Origin: Ginglymostoma cirratum
Taxonomy: Eukaryota
Assembly: GCA_024137785.1 (NCBI GenBank)
Contig: JAHRHZ010000027.1
Location: forward strand, 40,929 to 104,928
Direction of reading: 5' to 3'
DNA length: 64,000 bases
Part shown: piece after piece, positions 56,900 to 64,000 of the stretch
Layout: every line of letters starts with the position of its first letter
How positions within the stretch are numbered: position 1 is the first letter of the stretch
Notes under the pieces: generated by a model
Databases searched by the model: none
Told to the model about the DNA's origin: nothing
The model's input: only the letters and a program-made list of their open reading frames with translations
Made by a program: the position numbers and the translations under genes

Positions 56900-59800
56900 A
56901 ACTGCAAGGAGTCTTACAGGTAAGGCTGATGAACTACATGTTTACAAACATGGGATTGGGACATCATAGCTATTACAGAAACTTGACTGAGAGAATAAAG
57001 TACAGTAATGTTTATTGTCATGTGCACTTGAGTGATTGCAGTGAAAAGTGTGTAATGTCGCACCATGGCACCAGCTTCGGTACTGGGTACCTAGATACGG
57101 ATAGTTTAAGTATTGTTACAGAATTGAAATGGTGAAAAAAAGACTGGCATGGGAATACAAAGTTTAAAAAGTCCAGAATGAGAATAAAAGGTATCTTTAA
57201 AGTACTCAATTTATGGTCCTTTTCACTGAGTCCGTCCCCACCAGGATTCAGAACACAAGGTAACAAGCATGGGGCTGGATGAGCACAGCAGGTCAAGCAG
57301 CATCATAGGAGCAGGAAAACTTGACGTTTCGGGCCTAAACCCGAAGGGTTTAGGCCCGANNNNNNNNNNNNNNNNNNNNNNNNNNNNNNNNNNNNNNNNN
57401 NNNNNNNNNNNNNNNNNNNNNNNNNNNNNNNNNNNNNNNNNNNNNNNNNNNNNNNNNNNNNNNNNNNNNNNNNNNNNNNNNNNNNNNNNNNNNNNNNNNN
57501 NNNNNNNNNNNNNNNNNNNNNNNNNNNNNNNNNNNNNNNNNNNNNNNNNNNNNNNNNNNNNNNNNNNNNNNNNNNNNNNNNNNNNNNNNNNNNNNNNNNN
57601 NNNNNNNNNNNNNNNNNNNNNNNNNNNNNNNNNNNNNNNNNNNNNNNNNNNNNNNNNNNNNNNNNNNNNNNNNNNNNNNNNNNNNNNNNNNNNNNNNNNN
57701 NNNNNNNNNNNNNNNNNNNNNNNNNNNNNNNNNNNNNNNNNNNNNNNNNNNNNNNNNNNATGCTGCTTGACCTGCTGTGCTCATCCAGCCCCATGCTTGT
57801 TATCTCGGATTCTCCAGCATCTGCAGTACCTTTTACCCCTTCAGAACACAAGGCTTCGCTGCCTCCATGTGCTGTCGTCCCTCCCGGACTCGTCCCATGA
57901 GCCGGCCTGGGCTCGATCTGCCCCCGCTCCAGACTCCGGCCGTGACTCGCTTCCGGGACTTGGTCCACGCTCGCTTTGCTCAAGACGAACAAGACTGGCA
58001 GGTCAATGTGCCAGGTTTTAGATGGTACAGGAAGGACAGGAAAGGAGGCATGAAAGGAGGTTTGGTTGGTTGAGGGGGAGGGGGTGATATTTTTCTTTAA
58101 GGAATACATTACTGCTGTAACTAGGGAAGGCATTGCTGAAAAATCATCCAGTAAAATATATGGGTAGAAATTACAAATAAGAAAGGAACGATCACTTTGA
58201 TGGGGTTGTACTATAGGCCCCCCTACAATAGTAAGAGGGAATGCCATTGTTAACTTGCTCGCCGAGCTGGTAAGTTTGTTTGCAAACATTTTGTCACCAT
58301 ACTAGGTAACACCATCAGTGCGCCTCCAGTGAAGCGTCAGTGTTCTGTCCTGCTGTTAGTTATGTGTCTCTGTTTGCTGGGGTGGGTGTCATCATTTCCG
58401 AGTTTGTTTCTTAGTGGTTCGTATATGGGGTCCAGCTCTACATGTTTGTTAATTGAGTTGTGGTTTGAGTGCCAGGCCTCCAAAAACCTTGAGAAAAAGG
58501 GAAATTGAGAAGTAAATATATTGGGAGATCTCAGGTATATGTAAACATCATAAGGTTGTAATAATGGGGGTATTTTAAATTTCCAAACATTGACTGGGAC
58601 TACCATAGTGTTAAAGGCTTGGATGGTGAAGAATTTGTCAAAAGTGTTCAAGAAAATTTTCTTGAACAATGTGTGGATGCTCCTACTAAAAAAGGAGCAA
58701 AACTAGACCTTCTTTTGGGCAATAAGGCAGGGCAGGTGACTGAAGTAAAAGTGGGGGAACACTTTGGGTCTGGCGATCATAATTCTGTGAGATTCAAAAT
58801 GGTTATGGAAAAGGATAGGCCTTCCATAAAAGTTAAAGTTTTTAATTGAGGAAGGCAAATTTTATTGCTATGAGGCAAGAACTTTCAAAAGTTTATTGGA
58901 GTAGACTGATCACAGATGAAAAGTACATCTGACCTGTTCAGTGGGAAAGTGGGAGGCATTCAAGAGTGGGATGACAAGAAATCAGAGGCATTATATTCGT
59001 GTTATAGTGAAAGGTAAGGCTGGTAAGATTAAGGAACAATGGATGAATAAAGATACTGAGGTTCTTGTCAAGAAGAAAAGAGAATCTTACTTTAGACGTA
59101 GACAACTTAGTTCAATTGAATCTTTTAATCAATACAAAGAGTGTAGGTGTGTCCTTAAGAAAGGAATCAGGAAGGCAAAGAGGGGATAAGAGAAAACAGA
59201 GGCAGATAAGATGAACAATAATCTAAAGAACTTCTACACATTAAGAGCCAGAGGGTAACTAGAGAGAGGGCAGGGCTTCTTTAAGATCAAGGAGGTTGTC
59301 CTTGTGTTGAACCCCAGGAGAAGAGAGAAACTATATGAATATTTTGTATCACTCTTTACTGTGAAGAAAGAAATGGAGTCTAGAGAATGCAGAGAAATAA
59401 ACTTTGATGTTTTAAAAACATTTCATATTACAAAAGAGGAAGTTCAGAAGGTCTTAGAGAATATTAAGGTAGATAAATCTCCGGGACCTGACGTAATATA
59501 TCCCAGAATGTTGTGGGAAGTAAGGGAGGAAATTTTGAGACCCCTTGCAGAAATATTTGATCATCTATAATGATGATTGAGGTGCCTGATGACTGGAGGG
59601 TGGCTAATGTTGTACCTTTGTTTAAAAAAGTCTGTAAGGAGAAATTAGGGATGTAAGATCTGTGAGTTGGATTTCAGTTATGGGTAAGCTGTTGGTGGTG
59701 TTTATAAAAGAGAGGATGTATGGACATTTAACGAGGCAAAAATTGATTGGCGACCATCAGCATGGTTTTGTTTGAGGAAAATTGTGTCTTACAAACTCGA

Positions 59801-61750
59801 TTGAGTTTTTGGAGGAAATTACCAAAAAGATTGATAGCAGGGCAGTATAGATGTTTATTTGGGTTTTGATAAAGCCTTTGATGGGGTGCCACATGGTAGA
59901 CTAATTAGTAAAGTTAGGTCACATGGGATTCAGGGTGAGCTTGCCAATTGGATACATAATTGGCTTAATGGCAGCAGACAGAGAGTAATGGTGAAGGTAC
60001 CACAGTGTGGAGCTGGATGAACACAGCAGGCCAGGCAGCATCAGAGGAGCAGGACAGCTGACGTTTCGGGTTGGGTCCCTTCTCCACACTTTATTATCTC
60101 TGACTCCAGCATCTGCAGTTCTTGCTATCTCAGTAATGTTGGAGGGTTGCTTTTCGGACCGGAAGCCTGTGAACAGCGGAATTCCATAGGGATCAGTTCT
60201 GGGTCCTCTTTTGTTTGTCATTTGTGCAAATGATTTGGATGAGAATATAGAAGGCATGATTAGTAAGTTTATAGATGACGCCAAAATTGTTGGCACAGAA
60301 TAGGAGTCAATGGCCTCATGGTATTATCGCTGGACATTTTTAAGATTCATTAACGGGATGAGGATGTTGCTGGCTAGGCAGTATTTATTGTCCATCCCTC
60401 ATTGCCCAGAGGGCAGTTCAGAGACAACCAGAATGCTCTGGGTCTGGAGTCACATGTAGGCCAGTCCAGGTAAGGATGGCAGTTTCCATCCCTGAAGGAG
60501 ATTAATAAACCAGGTGTGTTTTTTCCTGACAATCAACAATGGATTCATGGTTATTATTAGATTCTTAATTCCAGATATTTTATTGAATTTGAATTCCACC
60601 ATCTTCCTTGGCAGGATTTTGAACCCGGATCCCCAGAATGTTATCCAGTCTCAGGACCAACAGTCTAGTGATAATACCACTCGGTCATTGCCCCCGTTCC
60701 TGTGCCATTGCTAATCCAGAGACCAAGGTAATGTTCAATGGTACCCAGGATCAATCCTGCCGTGGTAGATGGTAGAATTTGAATTCAGTAAATATCTAGA
60801 ATTAAGCCTCTAATGATGCCCATGAACCCATTGTCAATTTTCAGAAATCTCCATCTGGTTCGCAAATGTTCTTCAGGAAAGGAAACTGCTGTCCTTCCCT
60901 GGGCTGGCCTACATGTGACTCCTGATCCAAAGCATTGTCATTGACTCTTAGCTGCCTTGTGGGCAATTAGGGATGGGCAACAAATGCTGGCCCAGCCCCT
61001 GACACCCGCATCCCATGAATGAATTAAAAAAAAAGACAGTGGAGGTTTTCTGAGATTACACAGGGATATTGATCAAATGGGTATCAGAAATAAAAGGAAC
61101 TGCAGATGCTGGAGAATCCGAGATAACAAGGTGTAGAGCTGGATGAACACAGCTGGCCAAGCAGCATCATAGGAGCAGGCAGCTGCTTGGCCTGCTGTTT
61201 GCATCCAGCTCTACACCTTGTTATCTCTTGATCAAATGGGTCACTGGGCTGAAAAATGGCAGATAGAATTCAATCTGAATAAATGCAAGGCATTGCATCT
61301 TGGTGCAACAAAAAGTGTGGAGCTTACACAATTAATGGTAAGGCCGTGGGTACTACTGTAGAACAGAGGGACCGAGGGGTGCAGGTACATAATTCTTTGA
61401 AGTTTGTATCACATATAGACAGGGTGGTTAGAAAGGCTTTTGGCACGCTTGCCTTCATTACTCAGTCCTTTGAGTACAGGAGTTGGGAGGGGAGGTCATG
61501 TTGAGGTTGTACAGGACATTGGCGAGGACACTTCTGGAGGTTGTGTCCAGTTCTGCTCGCCTAATTAAAAGAAGGATATTATCAAGCTGGAGAGGGTTCA
61601 GAAGAGATTTACCAGTTTGTTGCTGGGTATGGAAGGTTTGCGTTACAAACAAAGGCTGGAAAGGCTGGGACTTGTTTCACTGGACTGTAGGAGGTTGAGG
61701 AGATTGAGGAAGTTCATAAACTAACAAGAGGTATCGATAGAGTTAATGCA
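56900..61750 (+). mobile_element. Old CR1 LINE fragmented by nested insertions
   Basis: LDLLLGNKAGQVTEVKVGEHFGSGDH, KSPGPDVIYPR and later RT remnants. Interrupted by hairpin elements (57261-57839, 59998-60131, 61083-61227) and other repeats. Confidence 0.85.
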
Positions 61751-61789
61751 TCTTTGCCTGCAGAGTATGAGATAGAACACATTGGTTAA

Positions 61790-63140
61790 GTTACAGGAGT
61801 ATCTGCCGTGCACGTGGTGAGTGCTCAAGGCATGGTGTATCAGCAAAACCATGCAGAAGCTACGATGATGGATGAATGGACACCACATAACAATTGCCAA
61901 CAGAGATGAACTATCCCAGTGGGGGAACACTTCAGCGGTCAAGGCATTCGTCCTCTGAACTTTTTTTTATTCATTTGTGGGATGTGGGTGTCGCTGGCTG
62001 GGCCAGCATTATTGCCCATCCCTCGTTGCCGTTGAGAAGGTAGTGATGAGCTGCTTTCTTGAACCGCTCCAGTCCTCCTGCTGTGGGTTGACCCACAATG
62101 CTATTAGGGAGGGAATTCCAGAATTTTGACCCAGTGACAGTGAAGAAACGGCAATATATTTCCAAGTCAAGAGTGACTTGGAGCGGAACTTGGAAGTGGT
62201 GGCGTTCCCATATGTCTGATGCCCTTTCCTTCTAGATGGAAGTGGCCATGGGTTTGGAAGGTGCTGTCTGAGGATCTTCAGGTAAACGTCCTCCAAGGTG
62301 AACTTTGGGGTACACAACAATGCAGAGTCTCCGAGCAGAGGCTGATCACCAAGTTCGGTACCTATGAGGACAGACTTAACCGGGATCTTGGGTTCATGTC
62401 ACACTACAGGNNNNNNNNNNNNNNNNNNNNNNNNNNNNNNNNNNNNNNNNNNNNNNNNNNNNNNNNNNNNNNNNNNNNNNNNNNNNNNNNNNNNNNNNNN
62501 NNNNNNNNNNNNNNNNNNNNNNNNNNNNNNNNNNNNNNNNNNNNNNNNNNNNNNNNNNNNNNNNNNNNAAACACGTTCTCTCTTTTTTTCCCCCCACCCC
62601 CGCCATCCCTCACACGTGCATACACACAGATACGCGCATACACACACACACACTCTGCGGTGAATTTCTATTTGCAGATACATTATATTTTGTTCAAAAA
62701 CACACAATTTATACACAATCAGTCATTTAGGCATTTTATAAATTCCTACTTTAGAAAGAAAACCAGTCTGTCTCCAAACCAAAACACAAATACATTCTAA
62801 ACAAGGCCTCACATTTAACGTGCATTGTCTGACCTAAAATGTCACCTCTTCTTTACACTGATAAAACCTTCAGTTCTCTCAGGGCAGTGAATGAAATAAA
62901 TTCAGTGATGTACAAATACATAGTAATCAATTAAAACCTTCTAACTGATTAAAGATTTAACAGCATCTTAGTTTTGTTTAATATATTCTCATCAATTGTG
63001 TGAACCTTTGATCTTATACTGTAAAATTCTGCATTCTGTGTGCTTCTTTCTCACTTCACCTGATGAACGTGCAACGCACTGAAAGCTTGTGTTTTCAAAT
63101 AAACCTGTCGGACTATAGGCTGGTGTCATGTGACTGCAGA
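61790..63140 (+). mobile_element. Penelope-like 3' fragment (interrupted; spans a gap)
   Basis: ETMQKLR..MNGH and PVGEHFSGQGH-like remnants, QQCRVSEQRLITKFGTYEDRLNRDLGFMSHY, and terminal cctgatgaa..gaaagctt..aataaacctg motif. Confidence 0.65.
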
Positions 63141-64000
63141 CAAGGCAATAGAACTACTTGGATTGCACAGAGGGAACTTTGAATGAAGTTCAGGGACAGT
63201 TGGATACAGCTACACTGCGTGGGAAAGGCCATAAGTGATTGGGAGTCAGTGTGATGGACCCACAAGGCTGAGATTTTCGTGGACAGTACAGACAGTGATA
63301 TCACTACATCGCAGGTAAAGAGTGCACTGGCAGAAAGGGAATGGGTGACCAACAGACAGAGTGAAAACACCAGACAGGGAGCACAGGAATACACTGTGAC
63401 CATCTCCCTTTGCCATAGACTTTTCCTTTTGGACACTGCTGGGGAGATGCGTTCTCTGAAGAATGCAGTGACAGCAAAATCCATGGCACCAGGAGCGGCT
63501 CAGCTGCCCGATTGAAGGGAGAGAGGGATTTAGACTCTGGGGGCAAAGGGTCCCATTTTGGAGAAGATGGAATCTGTACAAGTTGGCCGGTTGTGAACCA
63601 GCCAACTAATACCCTACAGGGGTCATTTGACAGCTCTGTGGGTAGAGGATAAAGTAACTGTGTGCCATGACCATGGAACATATGTCATGTCACCTATGGT
63701 TATATTGAACTTTGCTTCCAATGCGAGTTTTTTGAAAGAAAATTGATCAAATCAAAATGACTGCAGATATAAATTTAGTGGATAGGTGGAAAGAGACCCT
63801 GGAAGTTTGTACCCTATAGTATGTCAAGGAAACTTCAAACTAATTGACTTAGAGAGAGTATGAAAAACTGAAATGTATTCACCTTGGAGTTATCTCAGAC
63901 TATGATAGTGACAGGAAAGAATGCAGCAGTCTGGGTGAGAGACCATTTTATTTTGTCTTTCCCTTTCAGTGATACACACAGACAGGAGTTAAGAATGAAC

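Noticed and set aside
63880-64000. Possible signal-peptide exon of gene C or tail of a further gene
   Set aside because: A donor-like site exists, but no frame gives a convincing leader like those of genes A and B; cannot be supported.

Overview
Vertebrate genomic DNA, almost certainly from a cartilaginous fish (shark). The basis is HE1-type tRNA SINEs, HER1/CR1 LINEs and Penelope-type repeats. The window has three assembly gaps: 26604-27003, 57360-57759 and 62411-62568. Two things dominate. (1) A young, nearly full-length ZFERV/epsilon-like endogenous retrovirus lies at 6342-15280 (+). It has LTRs about 98.4% identical, a GGAC target-site duplication, a tRNA-Ser-like PBS, an in-frame gag TAG readthrough into pol, and a gamma-type env. 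Its Pol carries an extra ~170-aa domain between protease and RT with two HxT motifs, i.e. a probable 2H phosphodiesterase, and its gag has lost most of the capsid. (2) A tandem minus-strand cluster of Ig-superfamily receptor genes can be spliced by eye from exons the ORF track misses. The architecture is CD300/pIgR-type V domain, Cys-rich FCRL-like C2 domain, stalk, TM. One gene (24607-35237) is an activating type, with a TM NxxR motif and a tail of only a few residues. One (44283-55722) is an inhibitory type, with a neutral TM and 2-3 ITIMs. A third runs off the left edge. Decayed exon copies and a segmental duplication show birth-and-death evolution. The remainder is LINE/SINE/Penelope-derived sequence, including a family of short hairpin elements with 14-15 bp target-site duplications. 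All exon calls and alignments were made by eye.
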